DNA of 64,000 nt from positions 215,755 to 279,754 of the forward strand of contig CAKOVU010000001.1 of NCBI GenBank assembly GCA_934122115.1, given 5' to 3'. Both the position numbers and the translations under genes were made by a program. Origin of the DNA: an uncultured Clostridia bacterium. Its GTDB lineage: Bacteria > Bacillota > Clostridia > TANB77 > CAG-508. The notes beneath the pieces are model-generated. The model saw only the letters and a program-made list of their open reading frames with translations, was not told where the DNA came from and ran no database searches. The stretch's first letter is position 1; every line of letters starts with the position of its first letter. This document shows positions 28,270 to 39,970 of the stretch, one piece after another.

Positions 28270-30609
28270 GTGGCAAAAAGAGGAAGAAAAAAGAAGAAAG
28301 AAACGAACCTAAATCTACTAGTTGCAGGATTAATAATGTCAAGTATTGTTTTAGGAGTATTGATTTATACAAATTCAGGAACTATAGGGGAATTTTTAAG
28401 TCCATTTTTAGGAGGAATAATGGGATATGTAAAATACATATTGCCGATTGGAGTTTTTGCTATGGCAATATATATTGCATACCAAGGAGAAAATAATTGG
28501 GGAGCAAAAATAATACAATTTTCAATAATGCTATTGGCAATTGCGGTAATAATGAACGTATACCAAATTTCAAAGGGAAATATAGCATTTGAGGGCGAAG
28601 AATTTCAAAATATAGTAAAAGCTTCATATGACTTAGGAACTAAAAATATTGGTGGTGGAGCAATTGGAATGATTATTGCAATTCCATTAATAAATTTATT
28701 GGGCAATACAGCAACAATAATAGTATCAATAGGAATAATAATAGGACTAGCTGTTTCAATATTTGGAATAGACTTAGTTAATAATATATCAGCAATAATA
28801 GATGAATCATCACAAAGAAGGGCGAATAAAGCAAAGAATAAAAAAAATAAGGAACAAATAGAAACAACAGAAAAAGAAGAAAAGAAAGAAACACAAAAAG
28901 AAAAGAGACAAAGAGAGAAAGAAGAAAAAGAGCAAGCTGCATTAGATATAGAACAATTAAAAATAAATTTGAATGACAAGGAAGAAAAAAGTAGAGAAGG
29001 TGGTTTCTTAAAATTCGGAAAAGGAGCAAAGAAAGAAGAAAAACAAGAAAAACAATCACCAGAATTTATAGAGAATCCATTATTTAAGGAAGAACAACTA
29101 CAAAAAGAAGAAAGAACAAAAGAAGTATTACAATTAGAGCATACTGTTACAGTAGAAGATGAAAATTATGAATTTCCACCTATAACGTTACTTAGCGAAG
29201 GCGATAAAAAAGGAATAAAAGGAAGCAAGAAAGCATTGGCAGATACAGCCTCTAAGTTACAAAAAACATTATATAGCTTTGGAGTTTCAGCAAAAGTAGA
29301 AAATGTTTCTGTAGGCCCAGCTATAACTAGATATGAATTAAAACCAGCAGAAGGTGTAAGAGTAAGTAAAATAGCCAACCTAGCAGATGATATAGCATTA
29401 AACTTAGCAGCAAAAACAATAAGAATAGAAGCACCAATACCAGGAAAGCAAGCTGTTGGAATAGAAGTGCCAAACGAAGAGAGTGAAATGGTACATATTA
29501 GAGAGATACTAGAAACAGATGCATTCACAAATAGTAAATCAAAATTAGCATTTGCTCTAGGAAAAGATGTATCAGGTGAAGCAGTTGTTGCAGATATAGC
29601 TAAAATGCCTCACGTAATGATAGCAGGTGCAACAGGTTCAGGAAAGAGCGTTTGTATAAATACTTTAATATCTAGCATTATTTATAAAGCAAAACCAAGT
29701 GAAGTAAAATTAGTAATGGTAGACCCTAAGATAGTAGAGTTATCAGTATATAATGGAATACCACATTTATTAATACCAGTAGTAACAGATCCTAAAAAAG
29801 CAGCAGGAGCATTGGCATGGGCTGTTCAAGAAATGGAAAATAGGTACACAATGTTTGCATCAAAAGGAGTGCGTGATCTAAAAGGATATAACGAAGCAGT
29901 GGAGCAAAAAGGCGAATTAGGCAAGCTTCCACATATAGTTATAATAATAGACGAGCTTGCAGATTTAATGATGGTGGCTAAAGGTGATGTAGAAGATGCA
30001 ATTTGCAGATTGGCACAAAAGGCCAGAGCTGCAGGAATGCACTTAGTAATTGCAACACAAAGACCTTCTGTAGACGTTATTACGGGATTAATAAAAGCAA
30101 ATATACCATCAAGAATAGCTTTTGCGGTTTCATCACAAGTAGATTCAAGAACTATATTAGACCAAGTTGGCGCTGAAAAATTATTGGGTAAAGGAGATAT
30201 GCTATTCTTCCCAACAGGAGCACCAAAGCCAACTAGAATACAAGGTTCGTTTATATCTGATAAAGAAGTAGAAAAAATTGTAAACTTTGTTAAGGCAAAT
30301 GGAGAAGCTTCATATAATGAGGACATAATAGAAAGTATAGAAAAGGCTAACAGCACGGATAAAGAAATTGAAGAAGGAAGTTTAGATGATGATGAAACTG
30401 ATCCACTTTTAGCGGAGGCAATAGAGGTAGTAATAGAAACAGGCCAAGCTTCAACATCTTTTATACAAAGAAAATTTAAGGTAGGATATGCAAGAGCAGG
30501 TAGAATAATAGACCAAATGGAGGAAAGAGGAGTAATTTCTGGTTACCAAGGAAGTAAGCCACGTGAAGTTTTAATGAGCAAAGAACGTTGGCAAGAGTTA
30601 AACAGTTAA
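28270..30609 (+). CDS. ftsK: DNA translocase FtsK/SpoIIIE
   Basis: N-terminal TM domain, Lys/Glu-rich linker, motor domain (GATGSGKS Walker A), gamma winged-helix. Confidence 0.9.
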   Translation: MAKRGRKKKKETNLNLLVAGLIMSSIVLGVLIYTNSGTIGEFLSPFLGGIMGYVKYILPIGVFAMAIYIAYQGENNWGAKIIQFSIMLLAIAVIMNVYQISKGNIAFEGEEFQNIVKASYDLGTKNIGGGAIGMIIAIPLINLLGNTATIIVSIGIIIGLAVSIFGIDLVNNISAIIDESSQRRANKAKNKKNKEQIETTEKEEKKETQKEKRQREKEEKEQAALDIEQLKINLNDKEEKSREGGFLKFGKGAKKEEKQEKQSPEFIENPLFKEEQLQKEERTKEVLQLEHTVTVEDENYEFPPITLLSEGDKKGIKGSKKALADTASKLQKTLYSFGVSAKVENVSVGPAITRYELKPAEGVRVSKIANLADDIALNLAAKTIRIEAPIPGKQAVGIEVPNEESEMVHIREILETDAFTNSKSKLAFALGKDVSGEAVVADIAKMPHVMIAGATGSGKSVCINTLISSIIYKAKPSEVKLVMVDPKIVELSVYNGIPHLLIPVVTDPKKAAGALAWAVQEMENRYTMFASKGVRDLKGYNEAVEQKGELGKLPHIVIIIDELADLMMVAKGDVEDAICRLAQKARAAGMHLVIATQRPSVDVITGLIKANIPSRIAFAVSSQVDSRTILDQVGAEKLLGKGDMLFFPTGAPKPTRIQGSFISDKEVEKIVNFVKANGEASYNEDIIESIEKANSTDKEIEEGSLDDDETDPLLAEAIEVVIETGQASTSFIQRKFKVGYARAGRIIDQMEERGVISGYQGSKPREVLMSKERWQELNS

Positions 30610-30627
30610 ACCAAAGGAGAAAATTTT

Positions 30628-32196
30628 ATGGGACTATTCTCAAAAGTTAGTACATATAATGATAAACTAGAAAAAATATTAGAAAGCAAGAATTATGATA
30701 GTGAAACAAAAAATCTTTTACTAAATATGCTTTACAAAATAGAAATATCTTTTGCTGATTATCAGAAAGTAAAAGGGAAGGGATTTACAAAAGAAGAATT
30801 TATAGAAAAAATTATAGATATAATAGACAAAAAATGTGAAGATATAAAAACTGTTACTCCAAGAACAGAAAAAAGCAAAGAACTAGAAAGTAAGGGAGTA
30901 AACAGCATTGTGGATGAAATGTTGGGAACAATATTAGTATATGCAAATGAAAAAGATTTGCTATATGCTATATGTGAAATGGATATAAAATATATTTTAT
31001 ATGCCAATAAGAATGCATACTTTATAAAAAATGATGAATTGCAAAATGAAGCTATCATGAAATTTGTTCTCACAGGCGCTGCAATGGATGTATCTGAAAT
31101 AATAAGAGATTTTAATGGGTGGTCATGGAATGCTAATATAAAAGACATGGAAAATATAAATTATAATTTATTGTATCAAAATATAGCGATATTACAGCAT
31201 TCACCTATAAAATCAGAATTTATGGAATATAATGAAATAATAGAAAAAGTATTTTGCTTAGAATGCGATAATGAACAGCTTTTTACAAAAATAAAAAATA
31301 TTGTATTAGCCGTATTGGCAAAACAAGATGAAAATGTAGAAAAATCTTTAAAAGCAATAGAAAAACAAAGAAAAAAACAGTTAGATATAATGAGCGATAA
31401 TAAAGCATTCTTGGAGGATGTTACAAAAAATAAAAAAGAGCTTAATAGAAAAATAAAAGAAATAGATGAAATGCTAAATGATAAAGAGAGAATGAAGAAA
31501 GAATATGATGAAAGAAACTCAAAATTAGCAAACAAAGATAAAATATTTAGCATCAGCCATCTTGCCAACATGCTTGAAGAAGAAAGAGAAGAATGCTTAA
31601 AAGAAATTCAAAAATACAATAAATTAATGGAACCACTAAATTATGTACAAGAAAAAGAATTAGTTGGCAAGAAATATGAAGAAATAAAAAATATACTTAA
31701 TGCAACTGAAAAAGATGCATTTGAAAGAGAAATAATAAAAATACAAAAAGAATTTTTAAAGTCTTTTCTTAAAATTGTAGAAGAAGCTGAAACAAACCAA
31801 GAAATATTAGAATTGATATATAAATTAAGATATTATTGCCTATTACCAATAAATGAAATACAAGCAATTAAAGATGTACCAGAATTAAAAGAAAGCATAA
31901 AAGAAGTTATTAATGCGCTTGTAGATAAAGGCATTGATAAGAAAGTATTAGAGAATATATCAGATAGCATTAGCTTATGCTATAATACGTTTAAATATGT
32001 TTTTGAATGCAAAATTATAGACTTAGAAAAAGTGAATATAAAAATAGTGAAAAACAAGGAAGAAGATAAAATAGCGGATATATCAATAATTTTGTATGAT
32101 AGTAAAGATGCAGAAGAGATTCATAGGGAAAAAGTAAATAATTTGCATCAATTAAATATTAAGCAAAATAAAAAAATAGCTATTATTTTAAAGTAG
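30628..32196 (+). CDS. Hypothetical coiled-coil protein, 522 aa
   Basis: No recognisable motif; Lys/Glu-rich. Confidence 0.4.
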   Translation: MGLFSKVSTYNDKLEKILESKNYDSETKNLLLNMLYKIEISFADYQKVKGKGFTKEEFIEKIIDIIDKKCEDIKTVTPRTEKSKELESKGVNSIVDEMLGTILVYANEKDLLYAICEMDIKYILYANKNAYFIKNDELQNEAIMKFVLTGAAMDVSEIIRDFNGWSWNANIKDMENINYNLLYQNIAILQHSPIKSEFMEYNEIIEKVFCLECDNEQLFTKIKNIVLAVLAKQDENVEKSLKAIEKQRKKQLDIMSDNKAFLEDVTKNKKELNRKIKEIDEMLNDKERMKKEYDERNSKLANKDKIFSISHLANMLEEEREECLKEIQKYNKLMEPLNYVQEKELVGKKYEEIKNILNATEKDAFEREIIKIQKEFLKSFLKIVEEAETNQEILELIYKLRYYCLLPINEIQAIKDVPELKESIKEVINALVDKGIDKKVLENISDSISLCYNTFKYVFECKIIDLEKVNIKIVKNKEEDKIADISIILYDSKDAEEIHREKVNNLHQLNIKQNKKIAIILK

Positions 32197-32206
32197 GAGG
32201 AAACCA

Positions 32207-33853
32207 ATGAATATAACCTTTTTAGGCGCAACGAAAACCGTAACAGGTTCAAACTTTTTAGTGGAAGGAGCGGGAAAAAAATTCTTAGTAGATTGTGGTA
32301 TGTTTCAAGGCAAAGCTGAGTTAGAAAATGAAGCTCCATTTTTATTTGATGTAAAAGATGTGGATTTTATGATATTAACACATGCTCATATAGACCATTC
32401 TGGAAGGATACCAAAATTATATAATGAGGGGTATAGAAATCCAATATATGCTACAAAAGCAACTTGTGATTTGTGTGCAATAATGCTGCCAGACAGTGGA
32501 CATATACAAGAAATGGAAAACCAATGGAAAAATAAGAAAAGAGCAAGAAAAGGGCAAAAACAGATACCACCATTATACACAGCAGAAGATGCAACAAAAT
32601 GCTTGGAAGTATTTAAGCCAATTAAATATGACGAGATAATAGAGATAGACGAAAATATACATATAAGGTTTAATGATGCAGGCCATATGCTAGGCTCTGC
32701 AGTTGTTGAAGTGTGGGTAAAGGAAGATGGCAAAGAAACAAAAGTAGTATTTACAGGAGATTTAGGAAATAATGATATTCCATTATTAAGCTCTCCTACA
32801 ATGATAGATGATACAGATTATTTAGTAATGGAATCAACATATGGGGATAGGCTACATGTAGGAACCGAAAATAAAGCACAGGAGTTTTTAAATATAGTAT
32901 CAGAAACGCTAGAGAATGGAGGAACTGTAGTAATTCCATCATTTGCAGTAGGAAGAACACAAGAAATTTTATATGAATTAAATATGATAAAAGACGAGTT
33001 GATGAAAGACCCTAAATTTGCAAAAGAATATGAAGAATTGATGAAAGTACCAGTTTATGTTGATAGCCCACTAGCAATTTCGGCAACAGAAGTTTTTAAA
33101 GAAAATGCTGATTTATTTGATGATGAGACACAAGCAATAATAAAAAGCGGAGATAATCCATTGGAATTTCCAGGCTTAAAATTTACAAGAACGGCAGATG
33201 AATCAAAAGCATTAAATGAGTCTGATATACCATCAATAATAATATCTGCCAGTGGTATGTGTGAAGTAGGAAGAATAAAACATCATTTGAAACATAATAT
33301 ATGGAATCCAAAGAGCACTATATTATTTGTAGGATACCAAGCACCAGGAACACTTGGCAGAACTATAGTAGATGGCGCAAAAAGAGTTAAAATATTCGGA
33401 GAAGAATTTAGTGTGAATGCACGAATAGAGTATATAGAAGGATATTCAGGTCATGCAGACCAACAATGGTTATTAAACTTTATTTATTCTTTTATAAAAA
33501 AGCCAAAGCACATATTCTTGGTACATGGCGAGCCTAATGGACAATTAGTATTGAAAAATAAAATAGTGGATAGCACAAAAATTCCGGTAACAATACCGGG
33601 ATATGGAGAAAAATATACACTAGACGATAATTTGACAATGGAAAAGAAATATGAAGAGAAGATAGATAAACAATATTTAAGACTTCAAGTCTTAGATAGA
33701 TTAGAAACTTTACAAGAAGAAATTGAAGATATGAAGAATATTGTAAAGGATGATTTCTTAAGTAAAGAAGAAAATGATGAGGAAATAAATAAATTGAATA
33801 GCAGAATAAAAGAACTTGAAAATAAGATAGTAGAGATTATAGAGAATAAGTAG
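32207..33853 (+). CDS. Beta-CASP family MBL-fold ribonuclease (CPSF/Ysh1-like, COG1236) with a C-terminal coiled coil
   Basis: HAHIDHSG metallo-beta-lactamase motif; beta-CASP region. Confidence 0.7.
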   Translation: MNITFLGATKTVTGSNFLVEGAGKKFLVDCGMFQGKAELENEAPFLFDVKDVDFMILTHAHIDHSGRIPKLYNEGYRNPIYATKATCDLCAIMLPDSGHIQEMENQWKNKKRARKGQKQIPPLYTAEDATKCLEVFKPIKYDEIIEIDENIHIRFNDAGHMLGSAVVEVWVKEDGKETKVVFTGDLGNNDIPLLSSPTMIDDTDYLVMESTYGDRLHVGTENKAQEFLNIVSETLENGGTVVIPSFAVGRTQEILYELNMIKDELMKDPKFAKEYEELMKVPVYVDSPLAISATEVFKENADLFDDETQAIIKSGDNPLEFPGLKFTRTADESKALNESDIPSIIISASGMCEVGRIKHHLKHNIWNPKSTILFVGYQAPGTLGRTIVDGAKRVKIFGEEFSVNARIEYIEGYSGHADQQWLLNFIYSFIKKPKHIFLVHGEPNGQLVLKNKIVDSTKIPVTIPGYGEKYTLDDNLTMEKKYEEKIDKQYLRLQVLDRLETLQEEIEDMKNIVKDDFLSKEENDEEINKLNSRIKELENKIVEIIENK

Positions 33854-33868
33854 AAAAGGGGAAAACAA

Positions 33869-35818
33869 ATGAATCAAAAATATTACAATGATGCGATAAT
33901 AGGTAATAAAAATATAAGAGCAACATTTAGTAAAAAAGGTGAATTGCTAAGGTTATATTATCCAAGCGTGGATTTTAAGCAATTTATAGATTTTTATAGA
34001 GTGGGCGTAAAAATAAACGATTCAGGAATAATATATTTACATGAAGATATAAACAATAGATATAATCAATACTATACAGAAAACACAAATATTCTTAATA
34101 CTGAAATAGAAAATACATATTTTAATTTGCAAATAAAACAAACAGATTTTGTTTCAATTAAAGAAAATGTATTGATTCGTAAATACATGGTAAAAAACAA
34201 TAATAAGCTAGATTTAAATATAAGCTTATTAATAGATTCAAAATTACTTACGGATGAAAACAATATGGTATCAGGAAAAGTGCTTGATAATGGCTTAATG
34301 CAATATTCACATGATAACACATTAATTACATTATCAAACACTAAGATAAATGGACACAGAATAAATAATGTTCAAGAACATATCAATTCAGGAATTTTAG
34401 AAGATAAAGATTACATTGGAATGTCGGAAGAGTCAGCAATAAGCTACAATATTGGAGAAATAAAATCCGGAGAAGAAAAAGAATTTGTAATTTATATTTT
34501 AATTAATGACAAAATAAAAAGTTCAGTAGATTTAGATAATGAAATAGAAAAGGCTAAAAAAATAGACGCAGAAAAAGAATATAATAATGCAAAGAGATAT
34601 TGGAATAAATATGTTAGAGCCCATACTAATTTAGAGTTAAAAGAATTTGAAAAAATATATACACGTACTATTTTATTATTTCCATTGTTAACAAATAGTG
34701 AAACAGGCGGAATTGCAGCCGCAATGGAAGTGGATGAAAATAGAGAAAATAGTGGAAGATATTCATATTGCTGGCCACGTGATGCAGTGTTTGTTACTAG
34801 AGCAATGGATGAATTAAAAATGAATGAGGAAACAGAAAAATTTTATAAGGTCTTCTGTAAAAACACTCAAAGAACAGATGGTATGTGGGAGCAAAGGTTT
34901 TACACAGATGGAAGGCTTGCTCCATGCTGGGGCTATCAAATAGATGAAACAGCTAGTGTGGTATATGGCGTATATGAGCATTATAAAATAAAGCAAGACG
35001 AAAAGTTTTTAACAGCTAATTTGAAAATGTGCGAAAATGCAACAAAAGCATTGCTAAAATATTTATCCGTTGTGTTTGAAGAGAACGAGGAAGAAGATAT
35101 AGTAAAAAAAGAAATAGAGGACTGGGCAAAAGAAGAAGGAAGACAAACAGATAAATTGTACAAGCATGTAAGCTATGATTTATGGGAAATGAATGAAGGT
35201 GTTCACCTTTACTCTTTAGCAGCAGTATATGCATCTTTTGAGGCAATGGAAAAAATGTATGATATTGTAAAGCAAAAATATGAAAACAATAGATTAAAGC
35301 TAGAGCAAATATCAAAATTATTAAAGAAGATGGGGGAAGAAAAGGAAAAAATAAAGAAATACATAGCTAAGAACATGTATGATGAAAACACAAAAACACT
35401 AAAAAGAAATTGTGAAGATTCAAGAATGGATATAAGCATTATTGGAGCAATAGAGCCTTTTGCGGTATTCCAACCAGAAGAGAAAAAAATAAAAAATACT
35501 ATAGAAAGAATAAATATGACATTAAGGACTTATACTGGTGGATATATTCGCTTTGAGGATGATAGCTACATGCAAGGGCATAATCCATGGCCAATTGCAA
35601 CACTATGGATGGCTTTGTATTATATAAAAATAGGCAGCAAAAATAAAGCAAGAGAATGCATTGATTTCGTTACACAAAGTGTTAATCATTTAGGGTTCAT
35701 TGCAGAGCAAGTAGATAATTCAACATTGGAACCTAAATGGGTTATAGGACTAGGATGGGCTCATGCAATGTATGTAATAGCAATTACTGAATATAATAAG
35801 AAGTTTAATACAAAATAG
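33869..35818 (+). CDS. Glycoside hydrolase family 15-like (glucoamylase/glucodextranase-type) protein
   Basis: SYCWPRDA motif and (alpha/alpha)6-type C-terminal region. Confidence 0.55.
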   Translation: MNQKYYNDAIIGNKNIRATFSKKGELLRLYYPSVDFKQFIDFYRVGVKINDSGIIYLHEDINNRYNQYYTENTNILNTEIENTYFNLQIKQTDFVSIKENVLIRKYMVKNNNKLDLNISLLIDSKLLTDENNMVSGKVLDNGLMQYSHDNTLITLSNTKINGHRINNVQEHINSGILEDKDYIGMSEESAISYNIGEIKSGEEKEFVIYILINDKIKSSVDLDNEIEKAKKIDAEKEYNNAKRYWNKYVRAHTNLELKEFEKIYTRTILLFPLLTNSETGGIAAAMEVDENRENSGRYSYCWPRDAVFVTRAMDELKMNEETEKFYKVFCKNTQRTDGMWEQRFYTDGRLAPCWGYQIDETASVVYGVYEHYKIKQDEKFLTANLKMCENATKALLKYLSVVFEENEEEDIVKKEIEDWAKEEGRQTDKLYKHVSYDLWEMNEGVHLYSLAAVYASFEAMEKMYDIVKQKYENNRLKLEQISKLLKKMGEEKEKIKKYIAKNMYDENTKTLKRNCEDSRMDISIIGAIEPFAVFQPEEKKIKNTIERINMTLRTYTGGYIRFEDDSYMQGHNPWPIATLWMALYYIKIGSKNKARECIDFVTQSVNHLGFIAEQVDNSTLEPKWVIGLGWAHAMYVIAITEYNKKFNTK

Positions 35819-35889
35819 CTACAGTATTGATTTTTAGCGATTTTGATTGTATAATATCCAAGAATAAAAAATAAGGGAGAACAAAGAAA

Positions 35890-36006
35890 ATGGCAAAAAA
35901 ACATCATAATATAGGAGAAATAATGGTGAAAATAATGGCTGCGATACTAGCAGTATTAATGATAATAGCAGTCGCAGCAACATTAATATATTATTTATTA
36001 CACTAA
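35890..36006 (+). CDS. Small membrane peptide (38 aa, MAKKHHNIGEIMVKIMAAILAVLMIIAVAATLIYYLLH)
   Basis: RBS AAGGGAGAA; single TM. Not in the ORF track (below 60 aa). Confidence 0.3.
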   Translation: MAKKHHNIGEIMVKIMAAILAVLMIIAVAATLIYYLLH

Positions 36007-36031
36007 TTTATAATAAAATAAGAGGTAAAAT

Positions 36032-36922
36032 ATGATAAATAACTTTTTGACAAGTATGTCAATTTATGGAGAAAAAATATTGGAATATTTGAATCAATTA
36101 TACCAATACCCAATAAAATTAGTATCCTTAGTATTAGATTTAACAATAGTAGTTCTAGTATTAGTAAAATTAATAAAACTAGCTAAGAACTCAAAAGTAA
36201 TGCAATTAATAAAGGGAATAGTCATAGTAATATTAGCAACATGGCTAAGTGACATATTGCATTTAACAATTGTACACTCCGTATTAATGGCAATATTACC
36301 TTCAGGAGTGGTAGCTTTAATTGTAATATTCCAACCTGAAATAAGAAGAGCATTAGAACAAATAGGTACAAATAAATTTGCTAACTTTTTTGGAATGGAT
36401 AAAGATATTGCAACTAGAACGAAAGAGGATATATATAAAATTGTGATAGCAGTAGAGGAGTTAGCTAAAACAAAAACAGGAGCACTTATAGTTATAGAAA
36501 GAGATATAAAAATAGATGATGTAGTATCTACTGGCATAGAATTAAATTCAGAAATATCTCCACAATTATTAGTTAATATATTTGTTCCAAATACACCTTT
36601 GCATGATGGAGCTGTTGTTATTGCTAATAATAAAATTTTAGCAGCTGCGTGTATATTACCACTAGCTAATAATAGAGATATTTCAAAAGATTTGGGGACA
36701 AGGCACAGAGCAGCTGTAGGAATTTCTAAAGAATCAGATGCAATAGTAATAGTAGTATCTGAAGAATCTGGAAAAGTTTCAATTGCAAAAGATGGAACAC
36801 TGATAGCAGATGTAAAAGAAGAAGCATTAAAGCAAATTTTAATTAAAAATATAGTAACAAATAGGCTTGAAGAAAAGAAAGTAATAAAGAGGGAAAATGA
36901 GGAACATAAAGTTAACGATTGA
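36032..36922 (+). CDS. cdaA: Diadenylate cyclase CdaA (membrane-anchored DAC domain)
   Basis: Three N-terminal TMs; DAC motifs HDGAVVI, RHRAA, VSEESG. Confidence 0.85.
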   Translation: MINNFLTSMSIYGEKILEYLNQLYQYPIKLVSLVLDLTIVVLVLVKLIKLAKNSKVMQLIKGIVIVILATWLSDILHLTIVHSVLMAILPSGVVALIVIFQPEIRRALEQIGTNKFANFFGMDKDIATRTKEDIYKIVIAVEELAKTKTGALIVIERDIKIDDVVSTGIELNSEISPQLLVNIFVPNTPLHDGAVVIANNKILAAACILPLANNRDISKDLGTRHRAAVGISKESDAIVIVVSEESGKVSIAKDGTLIADVKEEALKQILIKNIVTNRLEEKKVIKRENEEHKVND

Positions 36923-37637
36923 GTATGATGGCAAAGATTTTAATGGTTGGCAAAAGCAACCTAATAAGCTCAACATACAAGGTGAAATAGAAAGAGCAAT
37001 TTATAATATAACAAAAGAAGAAGTGGATTTAATTGGCTCAGGGAGAACTGATGCTGGTGTACATGCTTTTGGGCAAATTGCAAATTTCAAGACAAATAGT
37101 AATATATCTATAGAGAAAATGGCGATAGCAATAAATTCTCAGCTAAAGAATAGCATTGTTGTAAAAAAAGCAGAAGAAGTTGATGAAAGATTTCACAGTA
37201 GATATAATGCAAAAAGAAAAACATATAGATATGTAATAAATAATACAGAGTACGGCTCAGCAATATATAGGAACTTAGAATATCATTTTCCAATAAAGCT
37301 TAATGTGGAAAATATGAAAGAGGCGGCAAAATTTTTTGAGGGCGAACACGATTTTAAAGCATTTAAATCTAGTGGAACTAGTGGCAAAAATAGTGTAAGA
37401 ACAATATATAAAGCAGAAGTGAGAACTGATGGAGAAAGAATTTTAATTGAACTAACAGGAAATGGCTTTTTGTATAATATGGTAAGAATCATATCTGGTA
37501 CATTATTGGACGTGGGGTTAGGAAAAATAGAACCTAGCGAAATAGAAGATATAATAAATTCAAAAGATAGAACCAGAGCTGGAAAAACATTACCAGCACA
37601 TGGATTATATCTAGTAAAAGTAAATTATGAAAAATAA
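36897..37637 (+). CDS. truA: tRNA pseudouridine(38-40) synthase TruA
   Basis: YDG..F.GWQ and GRTDAGVHA catalytic motif. Confidence 0.9.
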   Translation: MRNIKLTIEYDGKDFNGWQKQPNKLNIQGEIERAIYNITKEEVDLIGSGRTDAGVHAFGQIANFKTNSNISIEKMAIAINSQLKNSIVVKKAEEVDERFHSRYNAKRKTYRYVINNTEYGSAIYRNLEYHFPIKLNVENMKEAAKFFEGEHDFKAFKSSGTSGKNSVRTIYKAEVRTDGERILIELTGNGFLYNMVRIISGTLLDVGLGKIEPSEIEDIINSKDRTRAGKTLPAHGLYLVKVNYEK

Positions 37638-37723
37638 AATGGTGGCAGATAGCCATCTTTTTTATGTAACTATTGCTAAAATAAAACATAATATATATAA
37701 AGAAACGTATAAGGAGAAGAATT

Positions 37724-38113
37724 ATGGATTTATTACTTTATTTTGCATTACCAATAGCAACAATAATATTAGCAGTAGTTTTTCAAAAGATAATAAGATG
37801 TCCAATTTTAGTTGCTGCAACTGCATTTGCAATATATTTAATTGTAACATTTGCAGCATTTGACGCTTCATTTTTAATTTTTGCAATTGTTTACACAATC
37901 TTAGCATACTTAGCAGCGGCGATAACCAGATTTATATGCAATTTTATAGGCAGAAATGGATTTTTCAAAAACATAAATGCTGAAAACATAAACACAAATA
38001 CATTAAGCGCAAACAACATAGAATTAAATGACGATGATGATGACAATAATTCTGGCTGTGGATGCAATTGCAATAACAGATATTATCAAAGAAGGAGAAA
38101 CTATAGATTTTAA
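37724..38113 (+). CDS. Small membrane protein with an Asp-rich and Cys-rich tail (DDDDDNNSGCGCNCNN)
   Basis: Three predicted TMs; the 37627 ORF upstream is probably not coding. Confidence 0.4.
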   Translation: MDLLLYFALPIATIILAVVFQKIIRCPILVAATAFAIYLIVTFAAFDASFLIFAIVYTILAYLAAAITRFICNFIGRNGFFKNINAENINTNTLSANNIELNDDDDDNNSGCGCNCNNRYYQRRRNYRF

Positions 38114-38139
38114 AAAGATTGCAAAGTTAAGATGCACTC

Positions 38140-38172
38140 AAAAGGAGTACTTTCGATATGAAAGTACTCCTT
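38140..38172. terminator. Bidirectional terminator (aaggagtactttc/gaaagtactcctt)
   Basis: 13-bp perfect inverted repeat. Confidence 0.6.
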
Positions 38173-38341
38173 AAAAGATATCAATTAAATTAAAAATTAC
38201 AATAATATTTCAATTCTGTTTCAAAAATGTTAAATAACATATTTAAGCATTAAAAATATTGTCTTTAAATTATAATTGTTGTAAAATAAAATAAGTAATA
38301 TTATGTTGTAGTTTGTAAAAAACTACAAAGAGGAGGAAAAG

Positions 38342-39250
38342 ATGGCTACTACAAACCCAATGCAAAGAAAGGCAAAAAATTCATTCTTATTAGGAGTTTT
38401 ATTAACTATGCTTGTAATGGGAGTGATTGTTGGACTATTATTTTTAAAAATAATGAATATGCAAAAAGCAGAAAATGAAAGGCTTGCAAACCAAAAGCAA
38501 GTATATGTATTATCACAAGATGTAAAATCTGGAGATAAGGTAGATAGTGCAAATTTAACAACTATAACAGTTGATAATGCAGCAGTACCTTCTAATGCTA
38601 TAACACCAGGAAGCTTAACTGAATACACTGTTGCAAAAATAGATTTGAAAAAAGGAACAACAATTACAGCAGGAATGATCACTGAATCTAGTGAGGAAAC
38701 AACTGCTGATTTAAGAATGCAAGAATATAATATGATAAAATTATCAACACAACTTGCAACAAATGATTACATAGATATTAGATTAAGAATGCCTTCAGGA
38801 TTAGACTACATAGTAGTTTCTAAAAAATCTGTAAAAATTCCTGTAATAGGTGGAGAAGAATCATCAAATACAATATGGGTAAAATTATCAGAAGCAGAAA
38901 CATTAGCAATGAGTAATGCAATAGTTGAAGCATACACAATGAATGGAGCAATACTTTATACAACAACATATACAGAGCCAGGAATGCAAGATGCAGCAAC
39001 ACCAACATATGTACCAAGTGCTAATGTACAAAATTTAATGAATCAAAACCCAAATATATTACAAGAAGCAAAAAATGCTTTATTTACAAGATATAATAGC
39101 ACTTCATCAATAAGAACTAATAATATAAACGGAGAACTTTCACAATATCAAGAAGAAGCACAAGGCAACATTAGTAATGGAGTATCATCAGAAGTAACAT
39201 CAGCACAAGAACAAAGAAAATCTTATTTAGATGCTTTAGCTGGAAACTAA
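38342..39250 (+). CDS. CpaB/RcpC-like Flp/Tad pilus assembly protein (N-terminal TM plus SAF domain)
   Basis: Architecture and size; start of the pilus locus. GGAGG RBS. Confidence 0.55.
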   Translation: MATTNPMQRKAKNSFLLGVLLTMLVMGVIVGLLFLKIMNMQKAENERLANQKQVYVLSQDVKSGDKVDSANLTTITVDNAAVPSNAITPGSLTEYTVAKIDLKKGTTITAGMITESSEETTADLRMQEYNMIKLSTQLATNDYIDIRLRMPSGLDYIVVSKKSVKIPVIGGEESSNTIWVKLSEAETLAMSNAIVEAYTMNGAILYTTTYTEPGMQDAATPTYVPSANVQNLMNQNPNILQEAKNALFTRYNSTSSIRTNNINGELSQYQEEAQGNISNGVSSEVTSAQEQRKSYLDALAGN

Positions 39251-39271
39251 TATAAAGGAAGGATAAATAAA

Positions 39272-39958
39272 ATGGAAAAAATAGGATTTATAGGGGCGTA
39301 TGATAAAGAAAATCTTATAATGTGTGTAGCAAAAATTCTTACAGAATTAGGCAAAAAAGTAATGGTTATAGATTCTACAGTTACACAAAAAATGAAGTAT
39401 ATAATACCTACTATAGATCCTACTACTTCTTATATAACACAACATGAAGAAATAGATTTTGCAATAGGAATTAAATCTTTTACTGAAATCAATAATTACT
39501 TGGGGATAACTAATTTTGAATCAAGTGATTATGATTATCTATTAATGAATATAGATGATTCAACAGAAATAGAAGAATTTAAAATGGATGAAGCAAAGAA
39601 AAACTATTTTGTTACATCATTTGATTTATATTCACTAAAAAGAGGATTAGAAATATTGGATGGAATAAAAAATCCAATAGATTTAAAGAAAGTGTATTAT
39701 GCTAATAATGTTAGAAAAGAAGATGATGAGTATTTAAATTACTTATCCTTAGGTAAAAAAATAAACTGGGAAGACGAAAAAATTTATTTCCCAGTAGATT
39801 TAGAAGATGAAGATGTAATGCTAGAAAATCAAAGGATAGCAAAAATAAGATTAAAAGGATTAAGCAATTTATATAAAGAGGCTTTAGCATATATTGCAGA
39901 GGAAATTGCAGGCAGTGAAGAAAAGCAAAACATAAAAAAAGTAATAAAGCAATTATAA
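39272..39958 (+). CDS. Degenerate MinD/ParA-fold protein (TadZ/CpaE-like, P-loop lost)
   Basis: IGFIGAYDKENLIMCVAKIL in place of a GKGGVGKT-type loop; DYDYLLMNIDD switch-like motif. Confidence 0.45.
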   Translation: MEKIGFIGAYDKENLIMCVAKILTELGKKVMVIDSTVTQKMKYIIPTIDPTTSYITQHEEIDFAIGIKSFTEINNYLGITNFESSDYDYLLMNIDDSTEIEEFKMDEAKKNYFVTSFDLYSLKRGLEILDGIKNPIDLKKVYYANNVRKEDDEYLNYLSLGKKINWEDEKIYFPVDLEDEDVMLENQRIAKIRLKGLSNLYKEALAYIAEEIAGSEEKQNIKKVIKQL

Positions 39959-39970
39959 AAGGAGAACGAT

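Noticed and set aside
27080-28270. Searched for a DGR reverse transcriptase and template repeat next to avd
   Set aside because: No ORF of 60 aa or longer with RT motifs exists between 27076 and 28270, and ftsK follows directly. No second copy of the GC-rich VR-like sequence occurs anywhere in the window. The DGR is therefore reported as orphan or incomplete, not called as a full element.
37627-37863. 78-aa ORF upstream of 37724 (MKNKMVADSHLFYVTIAKIK...)
   Set aside because: It overlaps the truA stop, has no RBS, and has an odd Cys/Asn-rich low-complexity composition. Likely non-coding 5' region of the 37724 membrane-protein gene.
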